Source of the DNA: Eledone cirrhosa
Lineage: Eukaryota
Assembly (NCBI GenBank): GCA_964016885.1
Contig: OZ024747.1
Location: forward strand, 37,572,001-37,636,000
Direction: 5' to 3'
DNA: 64,000 nt
This document shows positions 47,701 through 61,282 of this stretch, piece after piece (positions within the stretch are counted from its first letter, which is position 1; every line of letters begins with the position of its first letter). The notes under the pieces were generated by a model. The model saw only the letters and a program-made list of their open reading frames with translations. It made no database searches and had not been told where the DNA came from. The position numbers were made by a program, and so were the translations under genes.

Positions 47701-49588
47701 GATGGGGATGATGAAGAGGAGGATAAATCTGTTAATATTTGTAGCTAGGCACTTCTGAGGTAATTAGGTCAAAATCCTTGCTATCTATGCTACATTACTG
47801 ACTACTATTTATCGGCAAACCTATTTTTCAGTTTCGATTTTTTTATCCTTCCTTTTTCCTTAATTTTTATGTTCAATGTTAATTACAGTTTGCTTTCTCC
47901 AATATAATTCCATGATCTGTATTGATAATCAATAATGACTTTATTCTTTTTATGCCTAACATTTCCAACCAATTTAAAATATTCTACAAATATTTCAACT
48001 TATATTTTACTGGTGTTAATAAGGTTAAATACAAATTATTGCACCTGAAGAGACCCTTTTTTCATCTGCAACTCGGACATATTAGTCACAATCCGAGGAC
48101 ATTCCTATTTAGCCAAAACAGAGAGATACCCTTTGCTGTGATTTTACCATATTTCCAACACTACTCTTTTGGCGTGTAGACATGGCTGTGTTTAGCAGGA
48201 TTACTTAGCAATTACATGGTCTCCAGTTTGATCCTTACTATCTGGCATCTGGAGCACATGCTTTTACTATAGCTCCGAATCAACTGAAGCCTTGTCAGTG
48301 AAAAGGGTTTGACGAGCTCTCCGTGGAAGCCTGTAGGATAAATTGTACCTGTAATTCAAAAACATTTTTTTGTCCTATGTTGTATTACGCTAGTTTCCCT
48401 TCGGAGTCAGGTCTTTACATCTTTCTGATAACCGTAACATCTGCTCAAAAATACCAATCACGTTCACTATTTTTTTAATTGAAAACAATACATGAAAATT
48501 ACAACTATATCTCCCTTGCTTCTACTGATGCAAATTTGTCAATGATGTGGTCACAGTTAGTCCAAGGGGCGCCCTTGACATGTATGAAACTTGCCACACC
48601 CTAGTTATATTTGGTGATATTTGACAAGACAAAATACAGTAAAATCGGCCACCCCCAGTAACCAACAGAACTACAATATATGGAATGGACCTCCATTCGT
48701 TTCAACAACGAGTATCGCAGTTGTTAGATCGACGGAACAACCTGTTCGTGAAATTAACGTGTAAGTGGCTAAGCATTCCACAGGTACGTGTATCCTTAAC
48801 GTAATTCTCAGGTAGATTCAGCGTGACAATTCTGGTCCCTTGAATTACAGGTATAACTAATTTTTTCCAGCTGAGTAGACTGGAGCAACGTGAAATAAAG
48901 TGTCCTGCTTCATGTTATAGCGAAGCTTCTTCTACACGATCGTTGTCCAGGAACGAACGACAAGATTCCAGAACTCACTCGTTTAGCAATTACATAGTCT
49001 CGAGTTTGATCCTACTACCTGGAACACATGGTTTTACTATAGCTCCGAATCAAGCCTTGTCAGTGAAAAGGGTTTAACGAGCTCTCCGTGGAAGCCTGTA
49101 GGATAAATTGTACCGAGTAGGGTGGAACTCGTCAGTTTAGACCAAGGAAATAATGTTTCCAATGGTCTTTCTAATTGCTAAGACTATCTCCTAGTCGCAA
49201 CTCCTGGCAGAACGAGCAAAGTGAAATAGTGTCTTGCTCAAAGACAAAACGCATCGCCCAGCCTGGGAATCGGACCTCTCGAGTGTGTATTCGATTCTCT
49301 AACGACTAAACACAAATACGTGCACCCTTAACGTAATTCTCAGGAGAGTTCAGTGTGACAATACTGGTCTTTGAATTATATGTACAGTCCATCCAACAGA
49401 TTTCCTTCAATCCAATTTCACTCCCAAGGTATGGGTCGACCGGAGACTATGGTAAATGATACTTGCCCACAATGCCACGCCGTGGTATCGAATGTGGGAC
49501 CAAATAATTGCGAAGAGAACTTCTTAACCATTGATGTTGTATCCACAGGACCTCCATAAGAACTGTGGGGCTGCCGTGGGAGGCGGAT

Positions 49589-52500
49589 TGTCGGAAGTTG
49601 GGGGACGCCTGGCCGGAAGCAGGAGAACGGGAGTGACACGAGGGACCAAGCGGCGGGCAGCGGTCACTTAGCTGTTGGCACCGTGAGGAGACGGGTTGTG
49701 TGAAGATAGACGCTATTGGAAGTACCCCACGTGGACGGTGGAACGAGTGATAGTAAGACGCAAGGTAAGTCCGAATGCCTACGGCTACAAGCTAATTCGG
49801 CGTTTAAAGAATTTTCTCATCTTTCGACATTCTTACTCCCGGCACGGCAGCCTTTTAGTTTACCTTTTTTTTTCGTGGGATATTGTTGACTTTTTCGATC
49901 TCTCAGGGGAGATGGCGGCGAAATTGAGATTGAGTAGCGAGGCTATCTTGGCTTTTAACGGCGAGGGAGATGTTGTGGCCTGGTTGAGAAAGGTCACATT
50001 GGTTGCCTCGCTGCAAGGCATTGACAACGTGGCTGGCCTGATCACTCTATATCTCGATGAGGATGCCCTAGCACTGTACCTTGAGATGGACGAGAGCGAC
50101 CAACTGAACGCGGAGAAGATAGGGCAGCGACTTAAAGAAGCTTTCACCAAGCTAGGCAGAGCGAGATGGAAGGGAAAACACGTGGACGTGTTCGCAACGG
50201 AGTTACGGCGGTTGGCCGGACTCGCGGTAGAACTCGAATGTGCCGTGCGGGCGGCGTTTATGAATGGGTTCCTCGACGAAATCTCAGTGAGGCTCCAGCA
50301 GCTGCCTGGCAACAGAGAGATGAGCATGAACGAGCTAATCGCGCAGGCCAGCGTAATAACACAGGACACGAGGTGGAATGTTGCAGCGTATGTAGTGACG
50401 GAAGCCCATGCTCGGAGAATCCAAAAAGAACAGGGAGATCCACGAAGAAAATACCATACAGGACAAGGATTTCAGGGCGGTGTTCGATGGGTAGTTGAGT
50501 GGTACTGGAAGGGAGATCCACTAACGCTGAAGAATAATGTGGGCTGCTATCAGCATACCCTGAAATGAGATGCCAGAAGCGAGTTTGAGAGAGAGGTATA
50601 GCGATGAATCGAGGAGGGTATACCGATTCCTTGGAAGGAGGAGGTACAGTGTGGAGTGTTGCTGCTAATGGCAGTGGATGACCGCACGAAGAACAAGGTT
50701 AGGGCGGTGTTTCACTTTCGTGAGCTGAACGAACACGTGTCATGTCACAGATGTTTGCACGGAAACCTTGCGAGAGTGGAGACGAATGATGGGGGCTTCC
50801 ACGATTGTCAACTTAAAGGTGGCATATCTGCATTTACACGTGGATGAGAAGTTGCGGAAATATCAGCTGGTCAGGTATAAGGGCCAGACATACTGCCTGA
50901 CCAGTCTTGGCTTTGGGTTGAACTCTGCACCAAAAATCATGGTCACAGTCCTCAAGGCCATTCTGGGAAAGCAGACAAGGTGAGGAGGGCCACCAACTCC
51001 TACATCGATGAATTCTTGGTGGACGAGATGGTGGTGTTAGCAGCAGAGGTCTCATGCTACTTGGGAAGGTTCGGGCTGACTGCGAAATCGCCGGAGGCAA
51101 TGGAACAAAGTCCCAGAACTGGCCCCCGATATGAATAGACAGGAACTCTTCTCAATGTGTGGTGGCTCTGGATGGCATGCAGCTATGTCAAGAGACGAGC
51201 AGATGGGGTGAGAGGGTTGGAGAGAGGACAGTGGCCTTCATGCAGGAGATCGTGGAGAGGGTAAAGGTGGATGACCCAGTGAGAGGACACTGGTACGTTC
51301 CCAAATCGGAGAGCAGGACCATATGGTGTGATGCCAGCAGCATAGCACTAGGGGTCACTCTGGAGATAGGGGGCATCAATGTCGAGGACGCAGCCTGGCT
51401 CAGGAAGGAGGACTGCAACCACATCAACATGGCCGAACTGGATGCTGTGCTGAGAGAAGTGAATTTCGCCCTGAGAGGGGTGCTGCGCACCATAGAGATT
51501 TGCACTGACTCGGATGGGTCAGATCAGTGCTTACCAGTGAGAGGAGGGTGCGAACGAGAAGGGCAGCAGAAATGTTGATAAAGCGCTGTCTGGGAACTCT
51601 GTCCACCAAGTTCAGCCTGGAGTTTAGTGTGGTTTTTGTACCCTCAGAGAAAAACAGGGCAAACCTATTAACCAGGGTGAAGAAAGCCTGGCTGGAAATA
51701 CCAGAGGACGCAGAGAAGGGGATAGCTGCAGTGTGTCGGCTGAGTGATTCGGAGTTGAGGGAACTGCATGGCATGCACCACATGGGAGTGGATAGGACCC
51801 TGTTCCTAGCCAGAAAAATCGAGTCTGACGTTAGCAGACAATGTCTAGAGAGTAGTTGGAGGTTGCGACAGATGCCAGTCTATCGACCCTGCTCCAGATG
51901 TGCACGAGACAGGAATCAATTGGCGCTGGATTTGACACACTACCAACAAGGAATGTATCTCTCGATGGTCGATTGTGGGCCGGGAAAGATGGCGATATGG
52001 AGGGAAATGAAGACAGGGACTGCGGAGGAAATTGTGCAGACGCTGAGAAAATTATTCTTGGAGCAGGGTTTGTAGATGAACTGCTGATGGACAACAGCAC
52101 GGCATTTCGTTTGGAGGTGCCGAGGGAAATGCTTGACAAGTAGAAGGGGAATCGCTTCTTCAGAGTGACATACAGGCTGAGCGGAAATGGGATTGTGGAG
52201 AGACACCATTGCGCGATCAAGGCCATGGCAGAAAGAGGGCACATTTCACCAATGGAGGCAGTGTTCTGGTTCAGGCCGAGGTGTCGGTGCCGCACAGGGC
52301 AATATATAGAGATGAATGGTGACACCCATGCATGGTACCACAGCAGTCGGTGGAGAGAGCACATTTGTACAAGTGGGCGAAGAGGTATGGGTCAAGCCCC
52401 CGAATGCATGTTGCACATCTCAATGGGGGAAAGGGAATGTCACGTCACTTCTTGGACATCCGTAGAGTTGTTGTGACGGACTCCGAGGAAGAGGAAAACG

Positions 52501-52703
52501 AAAGTGCCGCCCCATAGAGATAGAGGGGGATTGCTCGAAGTTGGGGGACGGGGACGACACGAGGGACCAAGTGGCAGTCACTTGGCTGTTGGCACCATGA
52601 GGAGACCAGTCGTGTGAAGATAGACGCTGTTGGAAGTACCCCACGTGGATGGTGGAACGAGTGATAGTAAGACGCAAGGTAAGTTCAAATGCCTACGGCA
52701 TCA
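49589..52703 (+). mobile_element. Degenerate Ty3/Gypsy-type LTR retrotransposon with both LTRs
   Basis: LTRs 49589-49789 and 52532-52703 (TG..CA); polypurine tract gagatagaggggga before the 3' LTR; gag-like ORF, RT (LGFGLNSAPKI, SYID), RNase H (WCDASS, HINMAELDA), integrase (HGMHHMGV, DN..F, GNGIVER) in RT-RH-IN order. Confidence 0.88.
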
Positions 52704-54907
52704 AGAACAAACGTCAGCACATTTTTTCTATCTATATTGTTTCTCTTTCTTCTACTATCATTAAAAAAAAAAAAAAATCGTTGTCGCCAAGACTACCACT
52801 CACTCTGATAAAAGCGTATAAATATTAGAATGTAGACCCGTGTAGAGTCTTGGCCTACGGACTGTTGTCAGCAGTCCTTTACTGAGGATTTGTTATTGAA
52901 CTGAGCAGGGAAAAGGTACTTCCTGTAGGCGGGTAACATGACCTGAACTTTAGGGCTAGGTTGCTCTTTCTTACATTTGTCATCCAATAAATAACCTTTT
53001 GTTGTTATTTTGCATATAGTTTAACTAAAATACCCATTTATCTATGTTTGTCATGTCTATTTATACATCAACAATTACGAAAATTAAAATATATTTCCAC
53101 TCATTTCTAAAATTATATCAAGTATTAAAGAATTTCTAAAGTAAAATATGATGTAAAATATTCAATAATGGTTTCAAATGAAATACAACTAGTTCACTTT
53201 TACTCAATCCTGTGATCTCATTTAATATACATGAATTAGTCACATAGCATTAAATTAGACTGTTCATTAAAAATTTGTTTCTCTAACACAATGAGACAGA
53301 ATCTTGTACATGTAGTAGAAAACCGTTTCGTTTCTGACGTGAAAAATAAATTTTCACGCGAAAACAAATAATGTTCTATGAAATAGATTATGCTTTTATG
53401 AAGAACAATTCGTGGTTATAGCTAATTTTAAGCCTGGTTCAATCAATAACAAATATCTAAAATCTCTTTTGAAAAAAATCAGTATGCATTGGGAGAGTAA
53501 AATTATTTGCACTAGTATGAATTTGTAAAGAATTTTACGATAGTAGATATAATTTCATGCTTTCAGAATCTTAGCAATTTGCTTCATCATATATGATCTG
53601 TTTCATAGACCTTGATGCCAAACTTTTCCAAATTTCCTACCTCCTTGTATATGCATTCCTTCATCTATGGAATAAAACAGTTTTAGGGGAAGCCAATATT
53701 CCAGCATTTGCATGTTGTGGCCAAGTTATTAAAGTATCAGTCATGTAATCATACTTTCAATGTAGGAGATATTGTCTTGCTTGAGCACTCTACTAACATC
53801 ACACAAGTGTTCTGCCACTGAAGTTCAGTGGTGCAACTAGGGAAAATAGTGCCTATGGCAAGCAGTGAAATTGCACCCCTGCCCAAACATTTGACACCCA
53901 TCTTTCAGTTTAATGATCCTGCCACCATAATCCTTCTCACCCAAGATAATCAAAGACAGATGATACATATGAAGAAGTTTCTTTTTCCACTCCCAAACAA
54001 TAGCTTATATGACTTTAATAGAAAAGTAGCATGTGCCATGCTTGTCATACCCTAGTTACGCCCTGCATACAACATAGTTTCCTTAGACATTTCCAGTAGC
54101 TTATAGCAATGTTGCTTATAATTTGGTTGTGTATTTAAAAAGTTTACTTTGCAGCCATATGATTGGCAAGTGCCTTTTCTGATAGCCTTGGCTTGATTAT
54201 TGCATTGAGTGAAATTTGGTAGACAGAAACTGCAGAATCCTGTCATACATATAAAACATCAACTAGAATGAAGTTGACATAAATATATTAATAAATACAG
54301 ATGTATATTGCTCTCACCCCACCCCTCAAAAAGAGAAGGTAATTTATATTTGTTAGCAAGACCCTTAACCCTACGTACCTCATATAGAGACTTTCTAGGA
54401 ATGTTAGATGAAAGAGTTAGCTGAGCATGATTTATCTCTTGGTGATATATTGATATGAAACTAACTGGATATTTGAGCCCATTGTAGGGGCATTTACCGT
54501 TGTATTATAAAAAAAATATTGTCTTCCAAACTCATGGGTTTAAGTCTTATAGACATGAATACAAACAACTGATATATATTAAGAAAATGTCAAAGATAGA
54601 CAAATAAAATACAAAACAAACTAACAATGACTAAATACAAAGAGGACTATCATTTTACTTTTAAGAAGTATCAGGTCATAGACTTTTAATATTGTATATT
54701 GGCATTCAAACGAAAGCAAATTTTGTGCTTTTTCTAGGTATGCAAAAGAAGAAAAAGAAAAAGCCTGGAGTACATTTAGGGAGAAATGCTTTTCCCAAAG
54801 ATATTAGTGATGTAGTGAATAGAGAAATAGCTGCAATCAGATGATTGAATGAGGTCATAGGTGCTTCTTGCTAGAGTTTATCTTGTTCTGAATTACTTAC
54901 CACCATG

Positions 54908-55101
54908 CAGAGGCATAACTTGAGTATGGCAGGCATGGCATGTGCCATGGACACCACTTGGACTAGGAGCACTTTCTATTAAAGTCAGATAAGCTATCAC
55001 TAGAGAGTGAAAAAAGAAACTGCCACAGTGCTAGAAACATTTGGACAGGGGAGCAATTTCACTGCTTGCCATAGGCACTATTTTCCCTAGTTATGCCTCT
55101 G
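54908..55101. mobile_element. hAT-type MITE
   Basis: 13-bp TIR cagaggcataact/agttatgcctctg; 8-bp TSD ccaccatg/ccacaatg. Confidence 0.85.
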
Positions 55102-55338
55102 CCACAATGCAATGAGTAGCATCTAAATCATGCACATATTTTGTTGTTATAAAGTGTTTTAGAAATATCCATGCTGACATTCACAGTTTAACCTGTTTGA
55201 TATTCAACTACCTCTGGTGCTGTGATACAAAACAGTTTGTTTATATAAAGTGTTTATTTTATTAAAAAAAAAACATTCCCTCAGAATTTCATGCAAGAAC
55301 CTTTTGTTAAGGTATGTTCTAAATACCAGATAGATAAT

Positions 55339-55545
55339 TGTTTCTAACATTAGGACAAGACCAGCAATTTGGGGGAATGGGAAAGTTGATTAAATTGACC
55401 CAATACTAAGCTGATGCTTATTTTATCAACTTCTGAAGGACGAAAGACAAAATTCACCTTAACATCATTTGAACACAGAAGGTAGAAAGTTCTAACTAAA
55501 TACTGGAAAGCATTTTGTCCAATGCTTTACCAATACTGCCAGTCC
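55339..55545 (-). mobile_element. Old tRNA-derived SINE
   Basis: Family homology; TSD accagata(g/a)ataat at 55325-55338 and 55546-55559. Confidence 0.75.
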
Positions 55546-55786
55546 ACCAGATAAATAATGAAATCATTTTACTAGATATTTCAAATTCAATTGTAACATA
55601 TGGAGAGTGTATTTCATTAGAAATATGGAAATGGAAGTGTTAAAGTAACCATTTCCGTATTTTTCGTTTTCTAAATTGGAGATTGGGTAGGCTTTATCAG
55701 CTATGATTGAGTAAAAATTATGACAAAGAAATATGGGATCTTATAAATCACATCATTGCTGTTTCTAGATTGATCCATCATATTAA

Positions 55787-55998
55787 CTCTTTAGCATTTA
55801 AACTGGATGTATCTGGCCAAAATTCTCTCACCTCTTTCTTTTCAAACTGGTTGCAACTGGCCGCTCATACCATCATTGAGGTAGTGTTCTCAAAATAAAT
55901 AACATCATCAAAATCTTGTAGATTCAATATTATGTGAGATAAAGCCTTTACTGCAAAAAGTACAATAGTAAATATAGAGTAATGTAAATGCTAAAGGA
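55787..55998. mobile_element. TTAA-flanked (piggyBac-type) MITE
   Basis: TTAA both sides; TIR ctctttagcattta/taaatgctaaagga. Confidence 0.7.
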
Positions 55999-57481
55999 TT
56001 AAATACTGCTCAAATAGCCCATAAGATTTGGGACATAAAACAAAGATTTCTTTTGAAGCCAATATTGATTTTAATTTATTAATGATACACTAAACAGTAT
56101 GTGCTGTTTAATCTGAAATACATAGTAAGGTATTTTTATTTAGCACTTAGAAAAAGTGTAGTGTCCATAACTCTTTTCAAAGCTTCTGACAAATAGGAGG
56201 GAAAGAGAAAGGTTTCTTCAAGCTAGAGACACCTGGCCTGAATGATTGCAACAAGTGTATGAAACCATGGCATTTGAACTCAAAACAAAGAGTTGGAACA
56301 AACATCACAAAGCATCTCATTCAATGCTCTAACAATTCTGCAAATCCAACAGCCTAGACTGGTGCTTTGTTTATGATAAACAATAGAAATTTTAAACATC
56401 ATTTTAAACATCACCTGTCTAATACAGGTGGTAAAACCTAAGCATGTTTTTCTTTTATCTCCCTGTGGAAAAAAGGTTAAAGAAAATAATCATTTACATT
56501 TGTTCCCATGTATTATAGAACACACTCTCGAACATTGTAAGATGGTGGATGAACAAAGTAAGACAACAGAGGATATAGAACCCTCTGGTACTGTTGAGGA
56601 TTTGATAACATCTCTAGTGCTGGTGTCACAAAAAAAAAAAAAAAAAAATGCACCCAGTATACTCTGTAAAATGGTTGAATTAAGAAAGGCAATCATACAG
56701 TCAAAGAAACCATGCCAAATATGGACCATATGAGCAAGATTTGGTTCTTTGAACAGTCTAGTTTTCGATTGTGATGACTCATCCAATTTGTGCTAGTATG
56801 AAAATCATACATAAAAAGATGATAATGATGATGATATCAAATTACACATTGCAGTAATAATTAGAAAAATTGTACTGTTTATCATTAATTATAAATTACT
56901 CTGCATTTGTTGACAGATATTAAAAAAAATAGAAAGCCAATCCTTTTTTTTTCAAGAAGATGTCAACTAATTGAAATGTCTATAAATGTATACCACCCCC
57001 GCCAAAAAAAAACAACAGGATCATCATCATCGTTTAACATTCACTTTTCCACACTAGCATGGGTTAGTCAAGTTGTCCCATAGTAAGACAAACCAGATCA
57101 GATGACTGTCTTGCTCATATAGAACTGATGAATATATATGTCATAAAATTCCTAATGCAGAATCAAAATACATTCCTTACCATAATCAACTCAAAAAACA
57201 TTTTAATTTTGGATTCTTTATTTACATTTTATATATGTTATTGTGAGTTAAAAAAGGAATTAGAATAAAATTAATTAATTGAATTAAATATAAAAGGTTA
57301 ACAACATACAAGCAATAAAATCAATTGTTAATTAGATGCATTGTTAGTAGAAACATCAATAAATTATGTATAATTTCACAATTAAAATATATATATTAGT
57401 TGGTTAATTATAATGAGATCACTCTTTAAAAATTGTGGAAAAGAATGATTTTGTTAATCTGAAAAAACCTTAATCCACATA

Positions 57482-57831
57482 CACTCAGGTCCCAAATAAT
57501 AGGGGGTGGGTTGGAATTAGAGGGGCTGGAAAATCGGTAATTTTTCTAGGTTGTCTCTTGATTTTTAAAAACCCAGAATTAGTTGTTCAGTTTACATATT
57601 GAGACACCAACTCATCCTATTTAACTTATAATGTATAGAATTTCTAGTAATGTACTTTTGGGTTCATGTGTAATGTTTTTAATATATAAAGAAAATTGTT
57701 GCAAGAATGTACCACTTAAAATTAAATTTCGCTTGATTAGCAAAATTTAACAACCGGGGAGGTTGGAAAAAATCTGAAAAATTAATAAGCGCAGGAATTG
57801 GGTGAGGGAACGATTATTTGAGACCCGATGG
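57482..57831. mobile_element. TA-flanked Tc1/mariner-type MITE
   Basis: Imperfect TIR cactcaggtcccaaataat/attatttgagacccgatgg (15/19). Confidence 0.65.
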
Positions 57832-59653
57832 TAATTTCACAATTATAAAAAAAAATAGTTGATTAATTACAATGAGATCACACATTAGAAATTGTGGAAA
57901 AAGAAGGATTTCGTTAATTTGAAAATAGCCTAAACCCACATACATCCCTGTGATGGATCCCACCATCACAGATGCTGTAATTTCTGCTCTTTGTTGACAA
58001 TGGGAAACAGGTAATTGTAGTCCAAGAAGATACGCAAGTATAATTCAAATATATATTCATCCTTTCATTGTATAAAACTCCCAAGGAAGTTGTAGGGGCG
58101 TCATATTGACATGGGCATTTTTAATACTTGCAGAGCCCATCTCCTCTCCAGGTCAGAATACAACAGATTTCTTCGAGAGAAGGATAGAGAATGAGAAAAA
58201 TGAAATTAGAAAGAGATGTAGAGGAAGAATAGACCCCAGTACTAGACTGGTACTTTTTTTACTGACTTTGAAAGGCAAAGTTGACCTTGGCGGGATTTGA
58301 ATTCAGAGAGCAGAGAGCTGAAACGGATACCACAAAGTATTATATCCGACATTCTAACAACTCTGCCAATTTGCTGCCTTTCATCCTTTCATTACAATAT
58401 TTATAACAAAAGTCACTTCCTATGATTTTCAAATAATTTTGAAAATAATCAAGGATTTGGAGGGACTTAGAAATGTATCTTTTTTCGATATTAAGTTGAC
58501 TAAGCTTCTTACATAAAATTATGATGGAAGCTTGTTTTTAGATAAATTCAAATACTTTATAACAAGCAGTTTGTATTGTCAAACGAGTGATGGTTTTAGG
58601 TAGTTTGGTATCAAAAACGTTTATGAAGACAGTAATAAACATTTTTATGCGGCCTTTTGTAATAACAATCACCTAGGTAACATTTCTGAGCTGACATGCG
58701 TAAAATATGGAAACATAGTCTCATACAAAATCCAATGATTTTTTGAGGCAACAAGAGATCTTTGACATGCTAGAAATAACAGAGAAATTTCCATCAAATC
58801 ACACCATACCATCATAAAAAAGGAAGAACACATTGACTAATGTAATCCCACATATATTGTCTGAAAATGTTCATTGAGTTCACATTTTGATTATGTTTTC
58901 TTAATCTGAACAAACCTAGGGCTAAACAACAACAGCCTAAATGGATTGAATATGTTGTAGAGGGAAACCTCTACCACAGATAGAATGAAGAGTTGTAAAA
59001 GATGATCATAAGAAGCTGAACCTTGTAAAACAGATGATAAAGCATTGCAATAAATGCTGAACTGCAATGCTGGAGACGACTCACCCAAGTATGGCAAATC
59101 ATATTAAAATAATTTAGGTGATGGAGGTTTGAATTTAGATCTACCTGTATTCAACCCCACTACCGTCACTCTACCTCTCCCTCATCATGCTGCTTGTATA
59201 AAAAAGAATGACATCATCATCATCATCATTTTACGTCCGCTTTTCCTTGCTTGCAAGGGTGGGACGGGAACTGATTCTGGCTTGATTTCTACAGCTGGAT
59301 GCCCTTCCTAACACCAACCTCATTTACAGTGAGTGCTGGGTGCTTTTTTTTTTGCCATGGCACCTCCACGACCACTTTGCAGTGGAATAATAGGGACCCC
59401 AGTCCCTATCATCTCATTTCTACAGCTGAGTAAACTGGAGCAATGTGAAATAAAGTGTCTTGCTCAAGGAAACAACACATCACCCGGTCTGAGAATTGAA
59501 CTCACAACCTTTCGATTGCAAGGCCAATGCTCTAACCACTAAGCCATGTGCCTCCATTAAATATAAACATAAAACACACTTACAATGACCTTTATCACTC
59601 TATTTCTCTCCCATCTCGTGTGTGTAACAAAAGCTGATGATGGATGGGTTTAA

Positions 59654-59855
59654 CCCTTCCGTAACAGGCTCTGGTTCTATGAAATAAAACCACCCATTTT
59701 AAATTAAAATTTTCCAACATAATTTTATATAAGAACCTTACATTAAGTTATTACCTTAGTAATTAAATAATTATTAATTTTAGTAAATCTTTCAAAATTC
59801 TTCATTAAGTAATTGAAATAGACTGTATTTCATTAGAAATGTTGTCATGAAAGGG
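59654..59855. mobile_element. TTAA-flanked (piggyBac-type) MITE, old
   Basis: TTAA-ccctt...aaggg-TTAA. Confidence 0.55.
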
Positions 59856-60517
59856 TTAATATGGATATATTTACTGCCATTCTTCATCTTTCTTTATTGC
59901 ACACCATTACTCTTGCTCTCTCTCATTATTCCTTCCCAAATCATTCATTGACACCCACTTACACCCACCTCTCTCTTACAATCACTCATTCTAATTGCTG
60001 TCCATCACTCTTACATTACTCCTGCCATCACTCATTGCTGATATATATCACTTCCTCTTACCACTATTACTGGCTTCCTTAACCATGCCACATTGGCTGG
60101 ATTTTTTTTCCCCTATTCAACAGGATGAATGATAGATGCTCTATACACATTCATAGAATCTGAACTGCTGATGTAAATATAGGTAAAGAGAGAGTTCAAG
60201 AGTGATAGAGATTTGAGTAAAATGAATTAGGAAGAGAAAAAGAATTGATAAACTATAGAAATGATGATGATAGAAAGAGGTAACGGTATGCAGTTGAAAA
60301 TCATTTTCTGACAGCATACCTTTCCTTGATTTGATGAACAAAGGCTCTTAGGATGTTATATGCCACAAAACAACTCATTGGCATCTTCAATATATACAAA
60401 ACCAAAAGGAAAAATATTCAAAAGTAAATAAACAAACATAACATTAGTAAAAATTCATTAAAAAAAAAGACATTGATAAATTTCAAAATGAGAGCAAAAT
60501 TTTTCAGAGGGATACAA

Positions 60518-61161
60518 CTAAACATTCTCTTGAATATATTCTGATATTTTCTTTATAACTGTTTCTCTTACTTCAAATAATGGAAGTGAAAGAATACCAT
60601 GTAAAGCACCCTTAAAATGGTCATGTTGAACTTTCACACCAGCATCTTGAAGCTTACGTACATACAGGAAATTTTCATCACGTACTGTATCAAAATCACA
60701 TGATATCATATATGCTGGGGAAGAATTTTCAAGATTTCTAGCAAATATAGGGCAATAGTAAGGATTAAGCAACGTTCTCTCAAATGAAGTTGCAAATTTC
60801 TCATCATAACCTGGCATGGTTATATTAACACGAGGTTGTGTACTTAATTCTTTTGGAAGTAAATCCATAGAAACAGCTTGTGCATATTCAGACGATTTTA
60901 ATGATGGGCTTATGTGCTTGTTATTTAAGATACTGTCAAGGTTTTTGATATTTCCTTCGCTATATAACAACCAATAAGAAGCAAATGACTTTCTGTCAAA
61001 GCAGGGTAAGTTTATATTATTCAGAGAATAAGAAGGAAGAGTGAAATCAAAAGCTTGAAGTAGAGGATTTATAAGAATCTGACTCTTTAGATGAGGAAGT
61101 GTAGTTTCAGAGATGAGTCGAAGTGCAACAGCAGCGGCTAAATTTCCACCAGCACTTTCAC
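60518..61161 (-). CDS. Terminal exon of an AADAC/NCEH1-like esterase with a complete Ser-Asp-His triad
   Basis: Acceptor ctgtttcag, then (G)ESAGGNLAAAVALRL..QILINPLLQAFDF..NPYYCPI..DFDTVRDE..ALHG to stop. Confidence 0.9.
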
Positions 61162-61282
61162 CTGAAACAGTATAAAAATAAGACATAAAATGAAGACAAA
61201 TGGAAAACATATTGTTACCTACTCTCATAACAATTTTAAGCAACTGTAACCCATAATTAAGGGTAATGACAAAGAATAAGTA

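Noticed and set aside
47467-47748. Poly-Glu ORF (also poly-Leu 4623-4850, poly-His 37577-37768, ER/SL ORFs at 17.7 and 19.4 kb)
   Set aside because: Translations of microsatellites with no other coding signal.
52704-60500. Short ORFs as upstream esterase exons or new genes
   Set aside because: No HGGG or YRLAP-type motifs or other recognisable domains seen; small exons cannot be excluded without alignment.
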